Source: Candidatus Heimdallarchaeota archaeon (GTDB lineage Archaea; Asgardarchaeota; Heimdallarchaeia; JABLTI01). Taken from it: 59,792 bases of DNA. The DNA is taken from the NCBI GenBank assembly GCA_018238155.1, contig JABCTZ010000039.1, forward strand, positions 1 through 59,792, read 5' to 3'. The position numbers and the translations under genes are program-made. Under the pieces are notes generated by a model, which was not told where the DNA came from, did not search any database, and saw only the letters and a list, made by a program, of their open reading frames with translations. This document shows positions 38,177-49,200 of the stretch, one piece after another. The first letter of the stretch is position 1. Each line of letters starts with the position of its first letter.

Positions 38177-39274
38177 ATGCAATATTTGGGTTGGACTGTT
38201 GGAGAAATTAAGAATCGTTTAGAAATCCAGTTCAAGAAACATCCTAAAAATTATGCCGCTTATGTAATACGAAAAGCAGTTGGTATTACAAAAGAAGGAA
38301 ATCTATATATTCAAAATAAAAATGCTAAAATGAAAGTATTTACTTACCGTTGTTTACCAGGTCTAAAAGTAAAAGAAACAATAAGCATAGGAGGATACAG
38401 ATATAACGAAATTATAAATCAGAAATGGGAGAATTCTGAATTAAAAATTAATATTTCAAATTTCATATTACTAGTTTTAGAACTTCCTAATACAAAAGCA
38501 AAACAGGAAGAAGCAATTTTTAAAACAGTATTATTCCACAAACCAACTGGTACAGATATGGATAAAATTAGAGAGGATTGGTCAGATATTGTAGATTATA
38601 TTAAGACAAAGAAAGCTGATGATTTAGATGCATCAGTTGGTGGGAGAATAATACAAACAAGACCAAAAGCTGCTGATGGTGATGATAAAGTTTTAGCACC
38701 AGGTAATCAAAGAACAGTTAAAAGAGGTTTCTTCATCAAAACTAATTATATACAAAATATATTAGATAACTACAAAGAAAATACTGAATTTTGTAATCCC
38801 TCTATTGCATATGATATTGGTGAAACTAAAAAGAATAGAAGAGTAAAAACCAATGTTCTTAGGGTAATACGAGACACTAAAATTTCGGCAAAATTAAAGG
38901 AAGAATATGATTATAAATGTCAAATTTGCGGAAACAGAATTTACTTAAAAAATGGCAATCATATAAGATACTATGTTGAAGCTCACCACCTAAAACCTTT
39001 TGCTCAAATTCATAATGGTCCTGATATTGAAGAAAATATTATAATACTGTGTCCCAATCATCACGTTGAATTTGATTATGGAACAATTGCTATTGATCCT
39101 AATGATTTTTGTACAATTTTGCATAAAAATAATAAAAATCCCTATATTGGAAAACAAATTGAAATTAGACATAAGATAGGAAAAGAATTCATAAAATACC
39201 ATTATAATATTTTTAGAGGTGATATTAAAACAACTGATGAAAAAATTACAGAATACTTAGGGAGTAGTTCTTAA
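38177..39274 (+). CDS. MutH/Sau3AI-like domain fused to a C-terminal HNH endonuclease
   Basis: IREDW...QTRPKAA...KRGFF (Sau3AI-like); CQICG...VEAHHLKP...NIIILCPNHHVEFD (HNH). Confidence 0.8.
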   Translation: MQYLGWTVGEIKNRLEIQFKKHPKNYAAYVIRKAVGITKEGNLYIQNKNAKMKVFTYRCLPGLKVKETISIGGYRYNEIINQKWENSELKINISNFILLVLELPNTKAKQEEAIFKTVLFHKPTGTDMDKIREDWSDIVDYIKTKKADDLDASVGGRIIQTRPKAADGDDKVLAPGNQRTVKRGFFIKTNYIQNILDNYKENTEFCNPSIAYDIGETKKNRRVKTNVLRVIRDTKISAKLKEEYDYKCQICGNRIYLKNGNHIRYYVEAHHLKPFAQIHNGPDIEENIIILCPNHHVEFDYGTIAIDPNDFCTILHKNNKNPYIGKQIEIRHKIGKEFIKYHYNIFRGDIKTTDEKITEYLGSSS

Positions 39275-40888
39275 TCTCTTTACAAAATAATCGCAAATAT
39301 AAAGTCCTGCAATTATTTTGGTTGGTATGAGTTCTCGATCAATATTTATTTGTTTGGAATTATTACTTATATAATTGGATTCATCCACAAAGTGTTTATC
39401 AATAATTTTCCTCATTAAATCCAGAACTCCATGAGGAGATATTGATTTACTGTTAACGTAAATATGAGAATCATGCAATCGTAAGTGAGATATGTTAATA
39501 CTTCCGAAATTCGATTTAATGTCTTTTTTGAATTTGTTGAAATTTGGTATGTCTTTTACTATTGTTGCAATATCACATTCATCTGAATAACATTTGTCAG
39601 TATTTTTACCTACTCCTCTGTGTAAGATGCATGACCATTTGATAATACCCTTTTTAAAATCAGAATCTTCATTAGTTAGCTCTACTCTAAAACCCTTAAT
39701 CTTCAAATATGGAATATGTCTAGAAAATCTAGAGTTGTATTTCTTATTTTTCTGTGCTTTGATAAGTCTCTTAGAGTCAGTTAAATCATATATTGTTTTT
39801 CTAATGTTATTCAATCCTAAATTATTTCTAATTTCAATGCCTTCTTTCAATAAAATACTTTCTGCAATTGCAGATGAAAGTTTTACGCTTACTGCATTTC
39901 CAACAAGTCTATACTTGGAGCCTTCTCCAGAAACATTGAATTGATAGGAAATTGGAAATGACATTAGAGAGGATATTTCTCTTATAGTAGGAAGACGGTA
40001 ACCTAAATGTTTACCCTCATCATTAGTTGCGTTTAAAATTATCGATTCTCGGGTTGATGCTGAACGAGTAGCCATTATTGTTCTACTCGGACGATTAGTG
40101 TTTTCGGGAAAAGCCATTTTCCCCATATACCCATGGTCTTCCTTTTGTCTTTTGGCTCTCCTCCACTCATACTCAGCTATTCTAGTATCATAGAAATGGT
40201 CTGTTAATAAAGAAGATTCTATAATCAAATCATAATTTGGATCTTTAATTTTCTCTTTTCTCTTTTTACTTAAAGGATTGGTTAGAGAATTCAATACATT
40301 CTGTAATGTATTGAAATTATCCGGATTAATTAAATGAGGTTCTGGCAGAGGAACTTTACCACCAAAAAATCTTTTCCTAGCTTGAGGCGAATTGAAATCA
40401 GCGGCATTTAGAATTCCCTTTTCCTCAAAAACAAGATTCGGACCTTTACCGGGTAGGTTTAAATCTTTCCAGGAATATACATCCTTTATATATTTTCCAG
40501 CATTGGGAACATTTTCCAAAACCCAATATTTAAGATTTCCATTTTTGAGTTTCCATAATATTATTCTGAGATAAGCCTCTATTAATTTTATTCCGAGTGC
40601 TTTATCAGCTTTACCAGCTTTATTGGAACCTGAAAATGATACACATGGAGGTCCTCCAATAATTACATCTACATCAGGAACATAATGACCGATTTTCTCG
40701 GGTGTGTCTAAATCTAAAATATTCATTTTTAAGGTTCTACAATTTGGGTGATTAAATTTATGAGTAGTTATTGCAGGTTGCCAATTATCTAAAGCAAAAA
40801 CTACATCAAATCCCTTTTGTGAAAAACCTTCAGAAAATCCACCTGCACCACAGAAGAAATCTGCAACTGTTAGTTTTCTTTTTATCAT
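39257..40888 (-). CDS. dcm: C5-cytosine DNA methyltransferase
   Basis: DFFCGAGG, GGPPCVSFS, LENVP, PQARKR, LVGNAV. Confidence 0.95.
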   Translation of the reverse strand: MIKRKLTVADFFCGAGGFSEGFSQKGFDVVFALDNWQPAITTHKFNHPNCRTLKMNILDLDTPEKIGHYVPDVDVIIGGPPCVSFSGSNKAGKADKALGIKLIEAYLRIILWKLKNGNLKYWVLENVPNAGKYIKDVYSWKDLNLPGKGPNLVFEEKGILNAADFNSPQARKRFFGGKVPLPEPHLINPDNFNTLQNVLNSLTNPLSKKRKEKIKDPNYDLIIESSLLTDHFYDTRIAEYEWRRAKRQKEDHGYMGKMAFPENTNRPSRTIMATRSASTRESIILNATNDEGKHLGYRLPTIREISSLMSFPISYQFNVSGEGSKYRLVGNAVSVKLSSAIAESILLKEGIEIRNNLGLNNIRKTIYDLTDSKRLIKAQKNKKYNSRFSRHIPYLKIKGFRVELTNEDSDFKKGIIKWSCILHRGVGKNTDKCYSDECDIATIVKDIPNFNKFKKDIKSNFGSINISHLRLHDSHIYVNSKSISPHGVLDLMRKIIDKHFVDESNYISNNSKQINIDRELIPTKIIAGLYICDYFVKRLRTTP

Positions 40889-41134
40889 CGTTGAAATAAA
40901 ATGCTCCTTGTAAATTTTAAATTATATTTCAATATTTCTCTTTATGATTTTATTTATAAATTAAACAACAGTTAATATTAATGAGTTTTCTTGTCACGAA
41001 TGGGCATTTTATTTCAAGAATTTTGTTAGGGATTATTAAAATTTTTCATCTAACTTTAGATTGGTTCTAATCTTAGAAAATATTAAAAGTAATATTAGTC
41101 AATATTATGTTATTAATTAGGGATTTTGATATAA

Positions 41135-42259
41135 ATGAATAAATACATGGAAAAAGAAATAGATATTCGAATTGATGATAATATTTTTTCACCTTTAGGT
41201 TTAGGGGCATTAAATTTTGGAATAACACAAAGTCTAACTCAAATTATTGCAAATTCTTTAGATTGGAGACAACTGAGCGAAAAAGAAAAGTATTTATTAG
41301 AAACAAAATCTGAAGAAATGAAAGCAATTATACGTGTGAACAAAGATAGTATCGAAATATGGGATAACGGAATAGGAATGACTCTTAAAGAGCTAAATAA
41401 TGCTCTTAAATTTGGATTTTCAAATGATACGATAAGAAAACCAATTAGAAAAAGAAAAGGTATTTTTGGTATGGGGTTAATTTTGGCTTTGCTTAATATT
41501 GGTTGGAAGTTCACAATAAGAACAAAATCTATTTTTGAAAAGAATGAATATGAAATTACTATTAACACAAGATTGATTGAATCAAAAGCACTAAAACTCA
41601 GTAATCTTGTAATAAAATCTTTCGAGAGTAGTGACGTTGAAAGCCCTATGAAAGATTATAAATATGGAACATATATTTGTATTAGTGATTTATTATCAAA
41701 AAAACATAAGCCTGAGATTTGGCGTCAAGAATTAGGACGAAATTTTTCTCCTGAAATCGAATCTGAAGGTGTAAAGATAATATTCATAGATAATAGTTTA
41801 GGTGAAAATATCGAACTTGAACCTTGTAGGCCAGAAGTTACGGATATCTTTCCTGAAACTAAAGTTCACTTAGAGCCTCTAGATTTACTTATAGTGCCAG
41901 AGTATGGAGATAATAAAATTCCTATCAAGATAAGAGGATGGGTGGCTCTAAGACAAATAAATGCTTCAGGTTCCGGCAGATGGGGGCTTCATACATTTTA
42001 TAGGGGGCAGCTTATTGAAGCATTCCATAATGATGGACCAACAAATAATGGGTTATTACCAACTGATCCACACCCTACCATTGCCAGAATTCATGGTGAA
42101 ATACACTTAGATATGTGCTTACCTACTTTTACAAAACTTGGTTGGAATACAGAGCTTAAATCATGGAGCGACGCGAAGAAAGGATTAAAGCCTATTTTGG
42201 AAGAACTCGTCAAAGCAGCAAGAGCATATCGCAAGAATAAAAGAAAAACTTCAAAATAA
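41135..42259 (+). CDS. GHKL/MORC-like ATPase, short copy with catalytic E>Q
   Basis: TQIIANSLD, WDNGIGM, GIFGMG; lacks the C-terminal domain of 43983-45596. Confidence 0.85.
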   Translation: MNKYMEKEIDIRIDDNIFSPLGLGALNFGITQSLTQIIANSLDWRQLSEKEKYLLETKSEEMKAIIRVNKDSIEIWDNGIGMTLKELNNALKFGFSNDTIRKPIRKRKGIFGMGLILALLNIGWKFTIRTKSIFEKNEYEITINTRLIESKALKLSNLVIKSFESSDVESPMKDYKYGTYICISDLLSKKHKPEIWRQELGRNFSPEIESEGVKIIFIDNSLGENIELEPCRPEVTDIFPETKVHLEPLDLLIVPEYGDNKIPIKIRGWVALRQINASGSGRWGLHTFYRGQLIEAFHNDGPTNNGLLPTDPHPTIARIHGEIHLDMCLPTFTKLGWNTELKSWSDAKKGLKPILEELVKAARAYRKNKRKTSK

Positions 42260-42321
42260 TAAACGTGCTTTTTTAGAAAGTAAAATAAGTATTGGTTTAT
42301 TTTATTGATTTGGAAATATTT

Positions 42322-42792
42322 TCATAATCCTCCATTATTAATCCATTTTAGGAATCCTCTCATAGTAAAAACATGAATAAGCTTATCATCAATTTGAGAT
42401 TTTAACCAATCCTCTGCACCTTTTCTATATCCATCTCCATCGAGAATAATTATCGTCCTGTAAGGATAAACATTCTTAATATTAAGAACCCAATATGGAT
42501 ATTTCTCATCTATTGTACCATGTGATTGTTGCCATCTTGAATCAATTATTAGAAAATCATTATGTTTCTGTGGGTGAAATATAATAAAATCGCATGAAAG
42601 ATCAGTATTATAGATAGATTTACCTAGTGAATATTGCTTAGAGAAAATTGGGTGTTCTAAAATTGTAGAAGCATCGAATCTAATATTTTCGATAAATGTG
42701 TAACTATTTTCAAATAAGCAATTCTCAATAAATGATTCAAGATTTGTTGAGGTTGTTTTTGTATCTAAACCTTTTCCTTTTTTCATTTTCAA
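42322..42792 (-). CDS. Small PD-(D/E)XK restriction-endonuclease-like protein
   Basis: SCDFIIFHP...IIDSRWQQSHGTIDEKYPY; overlaps the dam-like gene. Confidence 0.7.
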   Translation of the reverse strand: MKMKKGKGLDTKTTSTNLESFIENCLFENSYTFIENIRFDASTILEHPIFSKQYSLGKSIYNTDLSCDFIIFHPQKHNDFLIIDSRWQQSHGTIDEKYPYWVLNIKNVYPYRTIIILDGDGYRKGAEDWLKSQIDDKLIHVFTMRGFLKWINNGGL

Positions 42793-43700
42793 AAACTCTT
42801 AATAATTAATTCATTAATTGGATCTCTACCATCTTTTTTACAATTTAATAACCTAGGAGCTTTTACTAATTGTAAATTAAATGGTTTACATTCATAAATT
42901 TGTTTAATAAACTCTGAATTTGAATTTGATATCATAACATTTACACCCTTTTTATGCAATTTTAAGGCGAAATCTCTTAGTTGTAAATGCTGTTTTTTTA
43001 TAAAATCAAATCTTGTATAACTAGTGAAAGAATTTTCTTCTATAGGGAAATATGGTGGATCAAAATAAACAAAATCATTTTTTTCTGGTTTTATTTGATA
43101 AAATTCATTACAACTTAGATTTATGTTCTGTAATGCTTGTGAACAAGCAATTATATTTTCTTCTTGAATTATATTTGGATTTTTATAACGTCCAATAGGA
43201 ACATTGAATTCATTTTTCTTATTCACCCTATATAATCCATTATAGCAAGTTCGGTTCAAATAAAGTAATCTTGCTGCTACTTCTAGTGAATCTTTTATAT
43301 TATGTTGAGATCTAATACTATAGTAATATTCTTTTTTATTTAGTGAGTGTTCTTTTGCATGATATCTAAGCAATTTTATTAATTTCTTTGGTTTCTTCTG
43401 TATTATTTTGTAGGTTATCATTAATTCAGAATTTAAATCAGATAAATAAACATTATTAGAAAAATTACTTTCATAAAGTGAAAAAAATAATGCTCCTCCA
43501 CCAACAAATGGTTCATAATAATTCATATAGTTTTCAGGTAAATTGTCTCGCAATGTTTGAATAATTCCCCTCTTTCCACCAGCCCATTTTACAAATGGTA
43601 CAGCTTTTTTCTTAATCTTGAAATCTTTAACTATATCTTCATAATTCTTTAATGAAGGGAGAATTTCAAATAACGTTAAATCTTCAGATTTCTTGGACAT
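42789..43700 (-). CDS. dam: Dam/D12-class N6-adenine DNA methyltransferase
   Basis: KWAGGKR, YEPFVGGGA, NGLYRVN, YFDPPY. Confidence 0.93.
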   Translation of the reverse strand: MSKKSEDLTLFEILPSLKNYEDIVKDFKIKKKAVPFVKWAGGKRGIIQTLRDNLPENYMNYYEPFVGGGALFFSLYESNFSNNVYLSDLNSELMITYKIIQKKPKKLIKLLRYHAKEHSLNKKEYYYSIRSQHNIKDSLEVAARLLYLNRTCYNGLYRVNKKNEFNVPIGRYKNPNIIQEENIIACSQALQNINLSCNEFYQIKPEKNDFVYFDPPYFPIEENSFTSYTRFDFIKKQHLQLRDFALKLHKKGVNVMISNSNSEFIKQIYECKPFNLQLVKAPRLLNCKKDGRDPINELIIKSF

Positions 43701-43982
43701 TGTTTCACCTTAACGTTTAATCTTAATGTACTTTTTCGTTATATCTATTTCTTATATATTACTTTAGTATTAAATCATTGCTCAAATTATTGTTATAACC
43801 CTACACTTATTTTATTTTTAAATCACCAAAAAATCTGCACTGTATCAACAGTTAATTTTAAGTAACTTAACGAATAATTATAATGAGTGAAAAATTTGAA
43901 AGGAAATAAAATTATCGAGAGAAAATTTGTTTCTTTTGTCAAAATTATAAATTAATTCATAATTAATAGGATGAGTAAATAA

Positions 43983-45596
43983 ATGATTCAGTATAAAGAG
44001 AAGAAATTAGATATAACTGCAGATGATAAAATATTCACACCAAAGGGAGTTGGAGCTCTAAACATTGGCATCGTTCAATGTTTGTCTGAATTGGTAGCTA
44101 ATTCATTGGATTGGCGAAGATTAAGCGAGAAAGAAATTAATAGTTTAATTGAAGAAAAGAGAATAAATCCAGAAAAAGTTCGAAAATTCTTTGAGTTTTA
44201 TGCTCCCCTTCTAAAAGCAAATCCAATTGATACTATTATAAAAATTCAATTCAATGGTGAAAGTATTGAGATATGGGATAATGGTATTGGAATGAATTTA
44301 AATGAACTTGAAATTGGGCTTAAACTAAGAGCTGCTAGTAATGAAAAAAGGGAACCTTTGCGGGAACGTAAAGGTATGTTTGGTATGGGGTTAAAAGTAG
44401 GAATCTTAGGTATGGGTTGGAAATTTACAATTAGAACTCGATCGTTGATAGATAAAACCGAAAATGAAATAATAATCAATACTCGAGAAATTGAAGACGG
44501 AAAACTAAAATTGAAAGAAGTTATCGGAAGAATTTATGAAAAATATGATAATATTGGTCCATTAAATGGATTTGAAAGTGGAACTTATATTAAAATTGAG
44601 GATTTGCATAAAAGTAGGCATAAACCAGAGTTATGGCGTCAAGAATTGGGTCGTAATTTTTCCCCTGAAATTCAATATGAGAATATTAATATTGTCATTG
44701 TAGATAATAGCTATGAAAAGGAAAAAGAATTGGAACCATGTCTTCCTGAAATTATTGCTATATTTGATGATACAAGAATTAATTTAAATCTAAAAAAAAT
44801 AATGGTAAAACCTGATAATGGAGATGGTACTAGAGGTGAACCTATCCAAATTAAAGGATGGATTGCTTTACGCAAAATTAGTGCTTCAGGTTCGGGCAGA
44901 TGGGGTATTCATACTTTTCGAAAAGGTCAACTTGTTGAGGCATTCCATAATGATGGACCCACAAATAATGGGCTATTACCAGTTGATCCACACCCTACCA
45001 TTGCCAGAATTCATGGTGAAATACACTTAGATATGTGTGATCCAAATTTCACCAAAATGGGTTGGAATACAGAGCTTAAATCATGGATCGATGCGAAGAA
45101 AGGATTAAAGTCTATTTTGGATGAACTCGTCAAAGCAGCAAGAGCATATCGCAAGAATAAAGCGGGAAGTGCAAAAGCACGACAATTCATACAAAAAGCC
45201 AAAGAAACAGGGAAAAATATCATTGAAAAATTATCTAATAATTCAGAGGAAAAGGATGAAAAGGAAGACTCTAGAGAATATATATCACTAGGAGATGGAC
45301 GTTTCATTAAAATTTCAGTAACACAACAAACAACACCTAATCACTTTCAATTTTGGGATTTTAGTTATAATGAAGAATCAAATGAAATTGCAATATTTGT
45401 GAATCAATCTTCAACACTTTGGTTATGGGCACAAAATAAGAAGAATCCAGGAGACTTAGCATATCTTATTAATAATTGGGCAATCCTTGATTCACTTTAT
45501 TTCTGTTTGATTTATGATTTAGATATAGAACCTGCCAGAGCTATAGATTTAAGAGATAAATGGCATGCAAAATTATATCCAGAAGAGGGAAAATGA
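43983..45596 (+). CDS. GHKL/MORC-like ATPase, full-length copy
   Basis: SELVANSLD, WDNGIGM, GMFGMGLK, SGT. Confidence 0.88.
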   Translation: MIQYKEKKLDITADDKIFTPKGVGALNIGIVQCLSELVANSLDWRRLSEKEINSLIEEKRINPEKVRKFFEFYAPLLKANPIDTIIKIQFNGESIEIWDNGIGMNLNELEIGLKLRAASNEKREPLRERKGMFGMGLKVGILGMGWKFTIRTRSLIDKTENEIIINTREIEDGKLKLKEVIGRIYEKYDNIGPLNGFESGTYIKIEDLHKSRHKPELWRQELGRNFSPEIQYENINIVIVDNSYEKEKELEPCLPEIIAIFDDTRINLNLKKIMVKPDNGDGTRGEPIQIKGWIALRKISASGSGRWGIHTFRKGQLVEAFHNDGPTNNGLLPVDPHPTIARIHGEIHLDMCDPNFTKMGWNTELKSWIDAKKGLKSILDELVKAARAYRKNKAGSAKARQFIQKAKETGKNIIEKLSNNSEEKDEKEDSREYISLGDGRFIKISVTQQTTPNHFQFWDFSYNEESNEIAIFVNQSSTLWLWAQNKKNPGDLAYLINNWAILDSLYFCLIYDLDIEPARAIDLRDKWHAKLYPEEGK

Positions 45597-46275
45597 AATG
45601 AATCTAGATAAATTTAACTTGTTAAATGAAGAAATCAACCTCTTAAAAAGATATGATAAGTTTATTGAGAAAATTAGGGAATTTGGTTTCAATCCACGCG
45701 CAATAAGTGATGGTAATTTAGATTCACATATGATATCTTATGCCTTTAAAATCGCTCCACAAATAGTAAGAATGTATTTTGGTTTATATCTATGTGATGA
45801 AGAAGAAAGAAAAAAACTCAATGAATTAAAATTAGATATTGGAATAGTTAGAACTCTTATGTTAATAGAACCAGAAATTAGAAATGAATTGTACAAAAAT
45901 CTCAATGAGATCTTACAACAAGAATTTCCACTAAAAAGTATAATATCATATATTGACAATGGAAATTGGAGAATTAGAATTCTAAACCTATTTGACTTAA
46001 TAGATAAAAATTACTGGGCTGCTGTTAGTGCATATTTGAAGGACATTAATCTAATTTCTGGAACATTAAACGCTAAATTTAGAAGTATGTTAATGGGCTT
46101 TAAAATATATAAGAAGGCATCTTATAAACAATTAAATTGGTTAGAACGTGAAATTATTTATGATCATGAATTAGATTTACAAGTATTTATGAATCCATCT
46201 TTAAAGAAAGATTTTCCTGAAGCAGTTAAAATCATTAAATTATTCTTAGAAGAATATGAATTATATGATAGCTAA
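45565..46275 (+). CDS. Hypothetical protein in the ATPase-SNF2 operon (start likely 45598)
   Basis: ORF tightly packed between the GHKL and SNF2 genes. Confidence 0.7.
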   Translation: MQNYIQKRENEMNLDKFNLLNEEINLLKRYDKFIEKIREFGFNPRAISDGNLDSHMISYAFKIAPQIVRMYFGLYLCDEEERKKLNELKLDIGIVRTLMLIEPEIRNELYKNLNEILQQEFPLKSIISYIDNGNWRIRILNLFDLIDKNYWAAVSAYLKDINLISGTLNAKFRSMLMGFKIYKKASYKQLNWLEREIIYDHELDLQVFMNPSLKKDFPEAVKIIKLFLEEYELYDS

Positions 46276-46296
46276 ATTGGATTTAGGTGTAAATAA

Positions 46297-49200
46297 ATGA
46301 ATATGGAAAATATTCCTAAGGTATTAAGTAATCGAGGTAAGAAAATATATTCTGAAATGATTAAACCTTTGCTGAAGCATACATATTCTTATGATCGAGT
46401 GGCATCATATTATAGCCCACTCTCACTCTCAATTCTTCTAAATGAATTTGCAGAGATATGGGCAAAAAATGGGCAAATAAGGTTAATCATTGGTTTTCAT
46501 GAAACAATGAAAATTACTCCGGCACTGAAATCTGATGTAGAAGTTAAAGATGCAATAAGAAATGCAGTAATGAATGCAATCTTGGGTAATGCTAATCAAT
46601 TGAGTACGATATTAAAAAACAATAAAAAAAACACTTTAAGTATAATTAAAGAATTAATTAATCAAAAAAGATTATTAGTAACCCTTGTTACACCAAAGGT
46701 TAATTTTGAATCTTACAAAAAGAAAAAGAAATGGCCCAATCCTGAAATCGGGATTTTTCATTCAAAATTTATGATTTTTCATCATACTCCTAAGAATTCA
46801 AAAGACACTAAAATCAGTAAAACAAGATTAACAAAGTTCAGTTTAAAAAATCTATTCTATCGTCCTTTTTCGCTTAGACGTTCAAGTTCTAAATTCTCAG
46901 TAATAACAACATCGATGAATGAGAGTGTTAGAGGGTATTCAGAAAATATAGAAGATGCAATATTACACCATTCATGGTATGAACCAGATGAGATTGTTTG
47001 CAAACATTTCTTAAACCGTTTTGAAAAAATATGGTTGGGTGAAGATGAAGATGTTATCACAATGCCTTTCACAGAAGAATTTGGAAATGTTGTAGATACA
47101 GTTTATAAACAGTCGGATATTAAATATTTCACTTGGAATAAATTCATTAAATTGTTAGATAGCTCGCCAATATATCATTGTTTATCTTTCAAAGAAGTTG
47201 GACTTCTCTCGCATCAAATAGGCGTATTTAAGGAGGCTCTTAGTAGATGGCCAATAAGAATACTTTTAGCTGATGAAGTAGGTTTGGGTAAAACGATTGA
47301 AACTGGTGCACTAATTAGCTATTTACAGAAATTTTGTAATGTAAAACGAATAGCAATTCTTACTCCTGCCTCATTACAGAGACAATGGCAAAAAGAGCTA
47401 AAGGAATATTTCAAACAAGATTTTTGGATTTATAACTCTTCACTTCAAACATGTGAAAATGATAAAGTTAGTATTTCTGTAGGAAAAAATCCATTATCTC
47501 AAATAGGTAAAATAGATAATGTGATTATCTCTTGGCATTGGGCAAGATTGGGTGCGAAAGAACAGATTAGATTTAATAAAGATAATTTACCTAATCTATT
47601 AATTGTCGATGAAGCACATCATGCTCGAATAAAAGAAAATAATTCAAATATTGAAAAAACTCAATTATATTGTTTATTGAAGGAAATGCAAAGATATATT
47701 CCTCATATAATTTTAGCTACAGCAACTCCATATCAAACGAATATTCATGATTATTTCTCTCTATTAGATATCCTTGGAATACCTGAGAATTTTATTGATT
47801 CTTTGCAGCACTACACTAAATGGGTTAGAGGTGAAATTCCTGATAGAATGAATTCTCAAATTAAACACCTAAAATTTATTCATGGATTTAAGGAGAAATA
47901 TCAGCTAAATCTTCCTAACATTAAATTATTGCATAATTTAGAAAACAAAGAAACAACAGATATCAAATTTTACAAAGACATAATACAAAAAATCCAAAAA
48001 ATTCCTAGAAATGATATAATAGCAACACATCCTGCAACATTTTTAACAACGAGAAATTTTAGAAGTGGTTTAAAAAATTTAGGTTATGGATTTCCAAAAT
48101 CTCATTTCGAAGGATTTGAAATAGCTATTGATAATAACCAAAGTGATTTATTAGAAGATATTGAAGAATATATTCAGCTTCATCTAGGTCATCTAGAAAG
48201 ACACTTAAGTGAAAATAACAAGATAGGATTATTACGTAGTTTATATAAACAACGAATGGTTTCATCATTTAAAGCAGCTTATGATACCTTAAAAAATCGA
48301 GAAAATAAATTGCAGAAAATATTGAATGATAAAAAAATAGATAATTTTATTTTGAATGTATTATCTGAATTTAATTCAGAGTCAAATGATGAGAATGATG
48401 CACTGCCTGATTTTTCTAATGTATCAGAATCAACTAATTTGAGTCAATCAATATTGGAAATCGCTCGAACTGAATTATATATAGTAAATAGGCTCGTTTC
48501 AAAACTTGAAAAAATGTTTACTGAAGGTAAAATCTTTGACCCAAAACTTGTTAAGTTAAAAAAACTTTTGAAAGAACACCTGCTTAAAAACCATAAAATA
48601 TTGGTGTTCAGTAGATTTACTTCTACAACTAGTGCCATTATAGATGAGTTAAAAGAATTCTATAATAATGCGGGAGTTGGTAGATTTGATGGGAAATATG
48701 TTGGTATATATAAAATTACTAAAAATACAGTTGAATTTCTTCCTTGCAATCGTAAAACCATAATAGACTATCTTAATAATGGAAAAATAAAAATACTAAT
48801 TTGTTCTGATGCTGCAAGCGAAGGATTAAATCTTCATGCTGCTAATGTTGTTATCAATGTAGATGTCCCATGGAATCCTTCTAGACTGCAACAACGTTTT
48901 GGTCGTGTGGATAGATTAGGTCAGAAATCTGAGAATGTTCATTTGATTAATCTTTATTATCCTAATTCGATTGAAGAGAGAATGTATCGTGTTCTAGAAA
49001 ATAGACGAATTGATTTTCGTGCAGTATTAGGTGAAGTACCAGAAATCATGTCAAGTCAACAAAAGAATATTATTAATGGTCTAAGCAAAGGTAGTATTCC
49101 AACTGTTAATATAACATTTGAGGAAATTGATAGAGAGAGAAAAAAATATCTCAAATACTCAAAGTTTGGTATTGATACGGCTTCTAAAAATAAATTATTT

